Shown one piece after another: positions 1 to 13,553 of a DNA stretch of 64,000 bases. Each line of letters starts with the position of its first letter. Position 1 is the stretch's first letter. Under the pieces are notes generated by a model. The model did not search any database. It saw nothing but the letters and a program-made list of their open reading frames with translations, and was not told the origin of the DNA. The stretch lies in assembly GCA_964016885.1 (NCBI GenBank), contig OZ024742.1, positions 84,072,001 through 84,136,000 of the forward strand. The letters are read 5' to 3'. Both the position numbers and the translations under genes were made by a program. This DNA is from Eledone cirrhosa (lineage: Eukaryota).

Positions 1-141
1 AACTACAAACTTTAGGACTTTAGCAGTTATCTCCCTTACACCTCTCGCACGCAATTTTCATTTTGTCTGGGTGAAGTGACCGTTTCTGCGCATGCGCGTC
101 CATACGGCTGTCCTTCCCGTTCCGTATAACCATGTCCATTA

Positions 142-182
142 CGAGCTGAGGATTCGCTAAGGTGAAACAATAATTGTTCTCG
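142..182 (+). ncRNA. Type I hammerhead ribozyme motif in a PLE-like 3' tail
   Basis: CGAG-CTGAGGA-ttcgctaaggt-GAAACAATAATTGTT-CTCG: stem I CGAG/CTCG, canonical core, stem III ACAA/TTGT, GUU triplet; stem II weak; (TA)n starts about 30 nt downstream. Confidence 0.7.
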
Positions 183-211
183 GTATGATGAACTAACTGT
201 CGTGTAACCAC

Positions 212-259
<48 letters not shown>

Positions 260-757
260 GCAAGTATGTATGTATACGTACATACATATATGTATAAAGA
301 CGTACAGTAGTATGTATATATATATACATACATGCACACACATATATATATGTACGTATGGGTTTAACGAACATCTATTATAATGCTCGGTTTGTTTGTA
401 AACAAACAAACAGCCCGAATTACGCCGTACAGTTTTCAGGCAACCACCGTCGCCCTTTTGTTCAACACTGACACAGGAACGATGTACTAGTTTCAAGCTT
501 ATTAGCTATCGTCAGCATCGTATACCTTTCTGCCAGATGATTGAACGTCTGAAAGTATATACTTTCCTTATGCATATTAACGGCTGAGCAGCCTAATTTG
601 CATATCGAGTGAGTTAGTCGGCCGGGCGCACCGAAAACGATAAACGGAAAAGAATGAAACGAAATTTCATTTCTCACTCTTAGAACGGCTGATACTTAAA
701 TGTAAGTATGTATACGTACATACATATATGTATACATACGTACAGTAGTATATAGTG

Positions 758-875
758 AAGGCGTGTGGCTGAGTGGTTAGAGAATTGGATTCGCAATCGT
801 AAGGTTGTGAGTTCAATTCCTGGACCGGCCGATGCGTTATGTCCTTGAGCAAGACACTTTATTTCACGTTGCTCC
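758..875 (+). mobile_element. tRNA-derived SINE (family B), 5' part
   Basis: A box-like TGGCTGAGTGG, B box-like GAGTTCAATTCC, then GTCCTTGAGCAAGACACTTTATTTCACGTTGCTCC (CORE-like); matches the minus-strand copy at 34170-34442. Confidence 0.8.
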
Positions 876-1033
876 TACTACCTGGAGTTGCGACCGATAG
901 ATAGTATTAGCAATTGGAAAGACCAACGGAAACTTTGTTTCCTCGGTCCGATTTGACGAAAGTCGATCGCTCAAAGATATATATATATATAAATATATAT
1001 AGTAAAATGTTGTTTCATGATTGATAGAGTTAG

Positions 1034-1067
<34 letters not shown>

Positions 1068-1453
1068 GGAGAGAGAGAGAGGATTAATAAAAGAATAGAG
1101 TGAGTTAGAAAAAAGTGAAGAAAGAGGAAAAGAAAAAGAAGTGTATATGTAAGGTTTGAAGGCGATGGCTTTGGATGTGGAGAGAGGGATGTTGATTGTA
1201 GGAAAACATACATATACTAAAAACTAGTAATAGAGACAGTGATTAGATATGGTAAGAGGTGATGGGGTTGTAGATTTTGGGATTAACAGAGAGGAGGTTA
1301 TGTCTGAGAAGGAAGAAATAAAATATGAAAAGTCAAATGTAAATGAAAGGAAAATGAGGGAGACTTTAGTCGGAAGACTATGGTGAGGCTTACAATTACT
1401 TATGCATATATAACAAATATTTCTTAAATATTGTAAGTTAGAACACATGACTG

Positions 1454-1523
<70 letters not shown>

Positions 1524-2210
1524 GCCACACACACACACACATTTATATATATATATACATACATTTGTAGACGCATACATATATGTATTTATACATTCAC
1601 ATGCGCGCAAACACATGCACGCATGCGTATATTATTTTGCCATGTCGTTCAAGTATTTGAAATCGAAATTTATGACATGAGTCTATACATGTAAATTTTC
1701 AATACAGTGTTAACGTATACATGTATATAACGAATATATGTATATGCACAAGCGTGCATACACTTGCACATGCACAGATATACATGCACATACATAAACA
1801 TACCATCCACACCTTCACATTTGTTTACACATATTTTCAAACATCTTAGGAGAAGGAAGTTATGATCGCACATTAAATTTATATATATATATATTCTGAT
1901 ATTTTACTTTTATGTGTATGTGAAATTCAGTCCACTTGTCCTAGTTTCTATGTGTGAGCATGAATGTTTTAAGAATATACGTACGTGTATATACCGCTGC
2001 ATATGAACAAATTACTTGTAACAAAAATGTTTACATTTTTCATGTAGAAATATAAACTTCAAAAAGATACACAGATAAACAGAGATGGATCGAATGAAAT
2101 AGAGAAAGAGAAAGAAATAGGGAGAGAGAGAGAGAGAGAGTGAGGGAGAGAGAGAGAGAGAGTGAGGGAGGGATTCCCGAATACGTATGACGTTACAAAT
2201 ACCTTTAAAA

Positions 2211-2337
2211 TAATTGTTTCTACTTTAGGCCAGCAATTACCCAGTACATTACTGGTACTTTATTTTATCGACCCCGTAAGGATGAAAGGCAAAGTTAACC
2301 TTGGCGGGATTTGAACTCAGACCGTAAAGGGACGTAA
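2211..2337 (-). mobile_element. tRNA-derived SINE (family A), partial
   Basis: Reverse complement has GTTCAAATCCC B box, GCCTTTCATCCTTACGGGGTCGATAAAATAAAGTACCAG core (Nin/Deu-like) and the AAGTAGAAACAATT tail shared by many copies in the window. Confidence 0.8.
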
Positions 2338-2437
2338 TGAGCTGAATTTAATTTTCTAGTATACGTGGCAAATTTCAAACTTGGGTAGTAGAAATCCACA
2401 TGCAGGTGGAAATTAAAGAACGCTAGTGTTGGAGAAA

Positions 2438-2487
<50 letters not shown>

Positions 2488-2859
2488 AGAGAGAGAAAGA
2501 GCGAAAAGAAAGAAAGAGAGAGAGAGAGAAAGAAAGCAGACGACGAAAGTGAAAGATATTTAAAATTTCACGTCATATTTTAATTCGATACGCCACCATA
2601 TTAATGTGTGTGTGTATGGATATTCAATTTATTAGGAATGTAAATTTTGTGTGTATTTATATGAGTAAACATTTTATATGTATATGCACATTCCATTTCA
2701 CACCACAACTAATTATAATATCTGTAAATTTTAACATTTATCTACTGTAATCAAATGACATTAACGGGTTTGTTTTTTATTAATCTCAGATTGAAAATTG
2801 TTTCGATACGAAATTCCTGGTTTATGAGTAACGTTTGCAGCATTCTAAGTTAATAATAA

Positions 2860-3290
2860 AGGCTGCTGATTTAGCATCAAGGCCAACAAATGTTTTGCGG
2901 GGAGAAGTCGATTAAATTGACCCCAGTGCGGATCAAATCCGTAAGGATGAAAGGCAAAACTAACCTCTGAACGTGAAGTGCCGCAGCTCGATGCTACAAA
3001 GCATGATGTTCGACGCTCTAAGGATACTGCCAATCCACTGCCCTCTAAGCTAATAATAATTGTTTCTACTTTAGGCACAAGGCCAGCAATTACCCAGTGC
3101 ATTACTGGTACTTTATTTTATCGACCTCTAAGCTAATATTAATACTAGTATTTCTTTTTACATTTGTCTCAAGGCCAGCAATTTTAGAGGAAGGGTAAAG
3201 TTGATGAAATCGATTCCTTTGTTTTATCGACCTCGTAAGAAGGAATGGTGAAGCTAACCTCGGTGAGATTTAAACTCAGAACATAAACAG
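2860..3290 (-). mobile_element. Cluster of SINE family A fragments
   Basis: Three partial matches to the family A head, core and tail (about 2860-3045, 3056-3127, 3165-3290). Confidence 0.7.
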
Positions 3291-4529
3291 TCGAAAATAT
3301 ATATAGATATATATGAGAGTTAATTATTCTCTGACATAGCATGATTTCCACCACTCTTCTTAGCAACCAAAGGAGAGCACCCTGGTGGTGCCGCTTCTGG
3401 TTCATTAACCGTCGTCAGGGGGCGCACTTCACTTGGATAATAAGACGAAATAAGCTATAGCTTTTAAGATTATGAACACTTGTATTCACTAATTGGAGCC
3501 TACCAGCTTTACTCAATTTAAAAATGAACATCACTGATCTACTTTAACTGAATCTTAACCCTGCTTATCTATCATGACCATCATGAAGTTTCTAATTTTT
3601 TTGTGTGTGGTTTAGTAAGAATAAAAATGGAGGAATAAATTTTATCATCGTGGTTTATACTTAAATCGTTGGATGAATGTCAGCTGAATACAATATGTTA
3701 TTTTAATTTGGAAGCGACGGTGCGTGTTCTTTAAACAGAAATAATGCGGTACATTTCAGAAATAAAATACCGGAATATAAGTTCATGAAGATATCTCTCA
3801 AGTTATAATAGTAAGCATAACACGTGTAGCAAATCCATTTATTTCCTTATCTCTTGAATATATGTGAAGATAATGTAAGTGACCTTATTCCGTAAACAGT
3901 TAGGAAAATATATAAAGTTAGATCATTATCGATGGGGCATTATGAATATTGCTTTTGGACCGAACCAAGCAAGGTTTAGTATACGATCAAACTTGAATTT
4001 ATACAATAAACATATTGCTCCTACGGTTTATAAAACAAGTAAAGTATCCCTGCGCATTGAGGTATTATTCTTCATATATGATTTCACATAAAACTGATGA
4101 TGATTACATATATACACACATACATATTTATATGTGGCTTTATAATATACATATACTATGCGTATATACACAGTGTATGTAAATATGCAGTATATTCATG
4201 TAGGTTTAAACATTATATATTCAATCGCTGCAACAAACTACATCTATATTTTAGATTATTTCCGTCCATATATGCTGTCATATTCTCCATTCAGTATTTC
4301 CGTTATTTCTTTAGAACATTTTTTTTTCATATTTATCATATTCTGATGGAATATATTTGTAACAGATCTCCTGATATACACCAAACTCTCTAAATAATAG
4401 CAATACATACGATTTGAAATAATAGTTATGCCACATTGATATGAGTGGTGCGTAGAAAGAAATATTTAAAAGGTGGATTAGATTTAAAAATTAATCCCCT
4501 CATCGACTTCTTCAAGTTTCACTTGAAAA

Positions 4530-5460
4530 GGAAAGTGAGTGTGGAGAGGGAAGTGTTACCCCCTGTAGATATGCTAAAAAGTGGGTGAATGTGGCAAGAA
4601 TGACCCGTGTGAATGGGCCTACTCTGAGTACATGCCTATAGGCTGGATGATTCGGGTGCTCTCGGGACATCGTGTGGGTAAGGATTTGTGGAGTTCCTGA
4701 GTCGTGCTGGATGATTCTCACTCCTCTTCGGGAATTTGTATTGTTATAATTATTCTTGCCTTTTAGCTTTAGGTTTTTCCTCGTCTTCGTGACTGGAAGA
4801 CGAGGTGTCTGTGTCTGTGAGTGAGCTTGTATCAATGTGTGTATTCTTGGGTGGGTGGGATGGGAGAGCTTTCCTAGTTTTTCTTCTGGCTAGCCAAAGT
4901 TAGTGTTGGTATTTCCGCTGGTGTTGCTGGCGCTGGTGTCGGTGGTTGTCTCCGCCCCGGCGTCGGCAGCAGCGGATGTTTACGATAGCTTCATTTTTCA
5001 GTTGAGGGAAGAATGCTCACATATGCGTTGTTTCGACACAGACGAAACAGTGCGTCTTTTTGCCCTCGGTTATTACGTGCAGAACCGTACCGTTCTGGAG
5101 ACAGATGTGGTCCGGGTCTTTTCACAGGTCTTCAGGTCTGATCTGGAGAAGCATCTCTGGGTCAACCCCAGACCAGTCCTACCTGCCTGTTCTCGTCACC
5201 CGGATCGTGACAGCATCTGTCCCCTCCGCAATCACGCATCCCAGGAGCTACCACATGTCTAGTCCCGGGGAACCCCGGGAATGCGGACTCTTACTGTTCA
5301 TTTTCCCAGGTGGGAGGGATACATAATGACCTTGCTGGCTTTGCAAGGAGTCATTGCGTGTTTAATAGTGAGAGCTTCCGACTTAAACAGCACCGACATG
5401 GTGCCGTATTTTCTGTCCCTCGCTATTTACTTGGTGTCACCCCTGATGCACCTCAGAGCA
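4530..5460 (+). mobile_element. Tx1/L1-like LINE 3' end followed by an ORF1-like remnant
   Basis: 4535-4720 is homologous to 62960-63170 (both encode K/R-WVNVARM-x-x-VN-x-PT before a stop), followed by GC-richer broken ORFs 4903-5262 and 5310-5510. Clade assignment is from motif memory only. Confidence 0.4.
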
Positions 5461-5699
5461 GCTTCAATTCCGACGTGTGGAATGATTGCCGCTTCTTTTG
5501 TCTGCACTGAAATGAATCTAAAGTGCATTCTACTCCTCTCCACCACTTCTATCGCTTCAACCGGGACAGTTAAGTTGGCCCAGATTTGCTCATGTTTGAT
5601 GAGCCAACTTTTTATGTTTTTCACTGAGGTCCAAGTAACTGCAGAACATGTGGAGGTTGGGAAGAAACAATAAACTACATAATCTGTGGCTGTCCAGTT

Positions 5700-6165
5700 T
5701 TAGCAAAGAAAGAATATATCCCCAGTAGTGATACAGTTTGGAATTACATACACTAGAATTTATGCCAACTCTACGAAATACCAACAGAAAAAAGATGGGA
5801 AAAGCACACACCAGAAAATGTGTCAGAGATGACAAAGCAGCCAAGGAGATCAAAACCGATCGACCAGATATTATAGGCAAATACTACAAAGGAATAATAT
5901 CTTCTAATTGATGCATTAATCCACGCAGACGACAACATATCTACTAAAAGAAATGGAGAAATTATGCAAATATAAGTATCTAGAGATAGAAATAGCCCGA
6001 ATGCGGTTGATGCAAACAGAAACAATACCTATGATAATAAATACTCTGAGAATGATAAAAACAAACACAGACCGATACACCCCGAAATACTTCCAAATAT
6101 ACACAGCGTACAGAAAATAGCACTACTTGGTTTTGCACACATATTACGATATGTACTCATAATAC
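5700..6165 (+). pseudogene. Decayed R4/Dong-like restriction-like endonuclease (RLE) LINE 3' end
   Basis: Broken reading gives RPDII...LLIDA...DDNISTK and SVQKIALLGFAHILRYVL, resembling the PD-(D/E)xK RLE C-terminus of R4/Dong elements. Confidence 0.55.
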
Positions 6166-6899
6166 ATTAGGAATAAGAATAGAAAAACAACACTGCACAC
6201 ATCAACCGCGCTCAAAACTGTGCTTGGTAATAACGTAAGAACTCGCAATAAAAATAAGACTAACATGTTAATAGCGATTTCTTTATTAGCCTTAAACTAT
6301 TAAAAACAGAAATACAGTAAACGTTATAAACATGGAGGCTACAATGCATGCGAGGCTGTACACATTTTCTAAGGTAGGACCAAGGGTATTTTTTTGTAAA
6401 CACCAAAGTGCGTCTATGAGAGAATGCTTCTTCAATGCTGTGTAAAATAGTTACTATTATTGATCAGATAAAGAATCAAATCGATAAAGACATTGACGAT
6501 AAGGATAATTGTGTGATACAGTAACAGTTCAGTGACATTTAATTTAATTTTTGTTTTATATAAGTAATGTAATGCAAATGTTCATACTTATCGGAAAATC
6601 TCGACTACGTTACAAACACATTAGTAGTGAACAAGTCTAATCACCACAAGATATTCATCCCATACAAAACATATGACAAACAAAATATAAATTCTGACCA
6701 AGATTAAAAGATAATCTGATGCAGAATAAAACTACAAAAACATAATAATGGAGTATATGAAACGCAACATATTTAGAAACAAGTAAACCTGATGAAAATT
6801 ATAAAAATATAACTAAACGGTCGTAAATAGAACATATAAATGCATAAATAGACATGAGAGGAATGCATCTGTATACTATATGTATATTTTGCAGAAACA

Positions 6900-8100
6900 T
6901 TTTTCGCACAAAACGAAATTACGACATAATATACATAATTTATATAATATATATGGAAAGAAAGTAATGTTGAACTGAAAATATTAACTTAAATGTCACT
7001 TTGAATCTCATGAGATTCGACGAGACAGTCTTAAACTAAAAAGATATAGAACACTTAAGAATGGAAAACAACGAAAACATAAGTAAAACAAATTCAAACA
7101 ACAAAAGTAAAAACATTACAACTAAAAATATTCAGAGCGTAAACCAAAATTATATGCCTATCACGTGAAAACCAAACACACGAAGGAAAAAACAAAATCA
7201 AACTCAGAAACACTTACAGAATTCTGACCAACAAAAATCGAACCAGAACACAAAGGAAAATCTGAATAAAAGGCAATACGAGAAAAAAAATTAAGAATAG
7301 AAACTTCTAAAGATAGAAATTATGAGTACGACAATAACCCAAAAGGTAAAAGAATTAAAATCAATAGAATAAAGAATAATGCAAAACTAAAATAAATAGC
7401 CAGAAAACACGAACAAAATGAAAATGATGTTTTCTGTCTGCAAGGAAGCTAAAGGCATACAAAACAGGCTAAAGTAAATAATAGTTGAGGAGAAAAACAA
7501 AATCAACAACAGAACAAATTTCTTAAAATCCTTATATACTGAACTAAGAATGGTACTACTAAACGGAATGTCAAATTGAGTGCGAGAAAAGCCCTTACAG
7601 AGTAAACTGAACTGGAGATTGTAATCGATAAAGAAAAATCATATCATTGGCTGAGAAGCGCAGGGTACGAAGATGGGATCAAAGCCGTCTCAGCAAAAAA
7701 AAAACAACAAAAAATAAACTCCTAAAATTATGAAGTGAAACAGAATACATTAACTACAGAACATGCTGATTTTGTGAAGAAACACTTAATCAGATTGTTT
7801 CTAGCTGCCAAGTCTTAGTGAATATATACATAAGCTTAGTGAATTGGGATTTTCATACACTGGAATATATGCTAGCATTTTGAAATACTGACAGAAAATG
7901 GTAACAACATACCTACAGAAGAAAGTGTCTGACAGAATAATAAAGTGACAATATCCATAGGCAGATAGAAATGACAAAAGCGTACGATTGTAATATTGTG
8001 TAGAAGTAAATTGAAACTGTAAGGAAATAACTCACAGTTGTTGAATTAAAAATGGTAGTTAAGGAATATAGCTATTATTTCTTTCATGATGAGTTGAGTT
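6900..8100 (+). pseudogene. Highly decayed RLE-type LINE fragment
   Basis: A-rich strand bias with residual DKEKSYHWLRSAG and FCEETLNQIVSSCQVL (CCHC knuckle remnant) near 7620-7820. Confidence 0.4.
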
Positions 8101-8696
8101 ACGGCAATACACAGCTATTTCTGTAAAGGAATTAAAAATATTACTTATAATGTTAGACAAGAGCAATTTAAAACGATGTTAGGGCATTCTGTATAATTTT
8201 ATAAAGCTCGAACTTTATTCATTACTCAGAATATTTGTATGTATTAATATGTTTTCCAAATTTTTGTTTTATGAAAGCAAACACGTGATTTACTTTTCAA
8301 ATCACGAATAATAATAATGGTTTCTAATATAGCAACAGGGCCAGCAACTTTTGGAGATGGAAAAGTAGATCACATCCGCACTAGTACTTAGGTAGTACTT
8401 CATTTTATCGGCCTCGGAAGAATGAAAAGTAAAGTTGATCTAGTTCAGAACGCAAAGAAAGGGAACAAATGCCGCAAAGCATTTTGTTCAACATTCTGGG
8501 GAGACGTATAGTAACATGACTAATGATATGATAAAGATATATTTACGTAGAAAAGATACACATATTCTAAAACAAAGATTTGATTATGAAACCGAAAGCA
8601 CTAATATAATACTATATATAATACTAATACTAGAAAAGTTAAGGAATACGTTATACTAAAAGATAGGAAAAAAAGAAGAAATGTGCCAAACATTTG

Positions 8697-8890
8697 AAAG
8701 AAAAAAGAAAAAAGAAAAAAGAAAAAAGAAAAAAGAAAAAAGAAAAAAGAAAAAAGAAAAAAGAAAAAAGAAAAAAGAAAAAAGAAAAAAGAAAAAAGAA
8801 AAAAAGAAAAAAGAAAAAAGAAAAAAGAAAAAAGAAAAAAGAAAAAAGAAAAAAGAAAAAAGAAAAAAGAAAAAAGAAAAAAGAAAAAAA
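8697..8890 (+). repeat. (GAAAAAA)n 7-bp tandem repeat
   Basis: Directly visible near-perfect array; explains the poly-K and poly-F ORFs. Confidence 0.95.
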
Positions 8891-11800
8891 CATTTTTAGA
8901 ATAGAATTTAAAAATAATGAGATTGGATCTCCGGAGTTTATAAATGCTGATTTTACTGTGAACTGAATTAGAAAAGATAATTAATTCCTTAAGACGTGAA
9001 AAACATACATATAAGAAATTAATTGAAAACCAACAAGAAATAGTCCAAAGGAAACATGAAATGTGACATGCTAACTGATGTATAAAACGGAATCAGAAAA
9101 ACACAAGAATTGCCGAAAATTATCATGCTGGGAAAGTGCAGGTATTCTATGAATAGTCTTCTATATTTTACTTTCTAACTAGTTTCTATAATTGGACGTC
9201 GGTCGTTCTAGTACACCAGTATCATGGTGTTTAGTTGATAATATCTATTCAAGCATTTAGTTCAGTCTGGTACTTATTTTATTGATCTCTTTCGAAGTGT
9301 GAAGTTACCTTTTGGCAAACCGGGACGAAACCAGACACGATTTTAACAGGTATATATTGAGAATAGACACATTCACGTCGGTTATTTTTGCCTCTTCACC
9401 TTTCAGCAAATCTAATTGGAGGCAGCATCTCTCTTTCTTCAATCCCACCGGCCTTTACGAGTATATAGTGACGAGAATTTATCCGTGTTAGAGAGTATTC
9501 TGTTTAGCATCTGGAAAATATATATATTCGCCAAACTTCCAGAATAAGCTGTGACTCTTGCTTTCTATACAATTAAAGGGATGCTCTGTCACTGTTCGAA
9601 TCTCTCACATCGACATAATCGCTCACATTGTCGCTCTATCCTTGAATTAGCAAGTCTATGATTAAATGCGTTCCAGTTGATGCTAATAAACTAGCATGTC
9701 TGGTTGAAAAATAGTTGAGTTTGAGGTTTGAATACAAAGATTACTTGAAAAGGAAGATACATTAAAATATGTATGAATACAAAATTGTAATTCTGAAAAG
9801 GATGTCATCAAAATATATCTAAGGCAAATGGAAAGACAATAATACAAATGTTAGAAATAGTATATCGATAATAAACCAGATTCTAGGTGGAAAAATCTTA
9901 GCATACTTATATAACAAATCGGCTTCTGTTATCATTAGTGTTGCTGGTAGAACGCAGAATATTAGGTGCTCCATATGTCCCTTAGAACAGAACACCATAC
10001 ATACATGTCTTTACTGTTTACTATAAAGCATTTTACACATGCTTGAATCCTGGAAACTATTTATAAACAAATACACCAACATGCTTTGAATGTGTGGCTA
10101 CCCCAGAATATCTCCTGTAGACATCTTGAAAAGAAATAAAAGTCATATTGAATATGGGGTCTTTCATTCCTTCCCAGTTCTGTCTAGTATTATTGTTGTG
10201 CTATTGAGTAGAGCAGACAAATGAAAAGCTTTAAAAGAAATACCTTACACTTCATGGTTTTTATCTTATTGAAATAAGACGTAAGTAATAAATAATAGAC
10301 ATTTACTATCTAATTGTTCCAACAGTATATTGTATGCAGCGTAAATAAAATGAACTAATAAGATATATAATGAAAAATTAAACAAAACAACTATGACAAT
10401 ATTTAAAGTCAAGTTTACTAAGAATATATTTCAGGTGAAAACACGGAAGTAATGATCTTTATCTGCAAAATTGTTATTCGGAGTGATCTATTACAGAATT
10501 ACAAACATATCTCATAACTGATAAAGAGAATTCGACTTAAAAAGTAAAGAAAAAACAAAACAAAAATTAGTTTTCTATTTTCAAGGCGGCAACATATTTA
10601 AAATAGAGATCGAAAAGCAAACATTAGTGAGATTTCTAAAAAATGTTATGAAATTTTTAAATAAATCAGAAAATAAGCAAAAATATATATTGCGTGTTAA
10701 AATAGAACGGAAAGCATTGATAATGCTAAAAGATTGACAGTAGATAATTGAAAAATACAACACTGGCTTAGAACAGAAATTAATATGTAAATATTCTTGT
10801 TTCTCAAAAACAAAAGCAAAATAAAGCAAATACAACAAACTCCTTTTTAATTTTGTTAAAATCAAGAATCGGGGAAATAATTACTCTAGTGGAGGGCTTA
10901 GCATAAAAATTTAATGGTTCAATTGTCATGAGAATTTATGTCTTACTCTTTGTGTGAAAGTGGGGGAAAGAGTTAGGATTGTGTTATGTTATATCGCTTG
11001 GGATTTACTTATTCAGGTAAAAACACCACTTTTTCTGTCTTCCTCACTCCCTGGCGAAGAGCAATGGCTTAAAATATTACGCTATTCTTCATTCACGACA
11101 ATAAAACTTACTGACTTCATCTATGAGCTTTTGTCTCGGCTTTTCGACTCCCACCCATTTCTTTTAACATTGTTTAATCAGGCGAATGGACAGCGTTTAT
11201 AGTTAATTTTAGTACCTTTAAGACTGCCAAGAGGGAAGTAGGAAGGTATCCCCAAACCAAAAATGTTGTCCGAATGCCAGCTGGTGGTGTTAAAACTGGT
11301 GACGTGTCTAAATCCAGAAATTAGCATGCAGCGCCGAAACAAATATTTTAAGGCCTCCAGTACGATGCTCTAACGATTCCACCAATCAATCGCTCTTTTA
11401 GTTATAGACACACGAAAAGACAAACGGCAAGTTTCACCTCGGTAACCTCGGTATTTGAACACAGAAGTCGGAATATATAACGCAAGTAATTTCCTCTCTC
11501 GCTTTGATTCGTCTCATATCTGTACGCACCTTAAGCAATCACAAACATATTTACATCAATATATGGCGTGATATCAAGTACAACTGTCGTAGCAAAAAGA
11601 AAAATGATTTATTATAGTGCTTATAGAGATTTTTAGGAGACTTAATGAAGTGAATTGTTCACAGTCAAAACATGGTATTTATTTCGTGGAATACCTTTTC
11701 AAAAATTATTTTGTAGAGTGTGGCGTGATACTTACGTAATATTTTTCAGACTATCTGGCAGTAATGAATTCGATACCGTTGATATTTAGTTTACATTTCT

Positions 11801-12331
11801 CTTGGTCGATATCTATCATAAACAAAATGGAAGGTTTTAATTCAGTGGTAGAAAGATTAAGATAAGGAGACATTTAATTCATTTGGATGATGTCATAAAC
11901 AGTAAAGTGTAAGTGATTCAATCAGGTAGTAGTAGAACAGTCGGGGTGAGTATGGTATGGAACACAGTGGGTAAAAATAGCAGTATCGGTAGAATATAGA
12001 AATAGAATATCTAGCCAAACTGTGAATTAGTGATAATAGTGAGTTGGGGGATAACTCCTTGTTAATCTACTTTCATTTGATGCAGTCTATATGTAGTAAC
12101 CGCCTTTTGGCAGCAGTAAGGGTCGACGAAAAATTTATAGGTTATGGACAATTTATAAGAAATGAAGAATTTCGACCTCTAATATGGAAGGCTAGTATTT
12201 GGGTATTTGGTTTTCAATAAGAATCATATGCTTATATTTTCCCTGACTCAGTCGACATACTACTACTACTACTACTACTACTAAACAGTACACAACTACA
12301 GTATTAAATATCAGGAACACACACACACCAA

Positions 12332-12379
<48 letters not shown>

Positions 12380-12614
12380 CACAATATATATATCGAATGT
12401 AGAAAGGTACCACACGAGTTGATATATATATAAACAAATAGTAGAAAGGAAAAATATTTTTTCAGTAGAAAATGTTGAAAAGATTTTCTTCAGTGAAATA
12501 TCAAAACATTAATTTATTTACAATACCGGTTTCAGCATCAAATGCATTGTCAATTGCAGATAGCATAATATTTTTAAGTTGCATATTTGTACACACAGTG
12601 AAAATAATAATAAT

Positions 12615-12800
12615 TGTTTCTCCTTTTGGCGCGAGGCCAGCAATTACCCAGTGCTTTACTGGTACTTTTTTATCGACACCGTAAGGATGAAAGGCAAAGT
12701 TAACCTCAGAGGGATTTGAACTCAGATCATAGAGGGCCGTAACTCTTTGCTACAAAGCATGGCGTCCGATCCTCCACCGATACTGCCAATCCACCGCCCT
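12615..12800 (-). mobile_element. Full-length SINE family A with target site duplication
   Basis: Head GGGCGGTGGATTGGCAGTATCGG, B box, core and tail all present; AGTGAAAATAATAATAAT flanks at 12597-12614 and 12805-12822. Confidence 0.9.
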
Positions 12801-12925
12801 TAAAAGTGAAAATAATAATAATAATAATAAAACAGAGAGGGGAAGAAAAATTTATTTTCACATACATGTTCATTCAGAGAAGAAAGTTAATTTCTTTGTC
12901 CATCCTTCTCTGCTAATGGCTTGGC

Positions 12926-13064
<139 letters not shown>

Positions 13065-13174
13065 TACATACATATACATATGTATATATATATATTCCTT
13101 CCATTGTACCGATTGTGGTGTTATTTCTGTTTACCTTTTAAATACATACACACACACGCACATATATATATATA

Positions 13175-13296
<122 letters not shown>

Positions 13297-13511
13297 ATAT
13301 TTTAGTATCGTGAGAGAGTAGAAGGTTTAAAGGGATAAGCGATACATATAGTTAGTTGCCATAAGCTGGTGCATTTGTGCTCAATACTTGTGCCTAGAGG
13401 GTTAAATATCGGAAGCGTTAATATTTAGTGGCTGAGGATATAAACAGAGCGGTTACAAATGAAAGAATTACGAAAGAGAATATAGACTGTTAGAACATGT
13501 TTATACAATAA

Positions 13512-13553
13512 GCATCTACGTACGTTTCGCCCGAAAAGGGCTTCTCAAGGGCA
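13512..13553 (-). ncRNA. Hammerhead motif, U3-A8 core variant (inverted arm copy)
   Basis: Reverse complement of the motif at 17283-17324. Confidence 0.6.

Noticed and set aside
758-830. tRNA gene
   Set aside because: It has A/B boxes but no complete cloverleaf and continues into a SINE body; the same applies to family A heads.
885-972. GCGACCGAT...GAAAGTCGATCGC as a hammerhead
   Set aside because: No CUGANGA-type core and inconsistent stems.
9399-9510. Minus-strand exon-like segment (TTTTCCAG acceptor, AAG/GTGAAG donor)
   Set aside because: Stops in all three frames and no supporting neighbouring exon.
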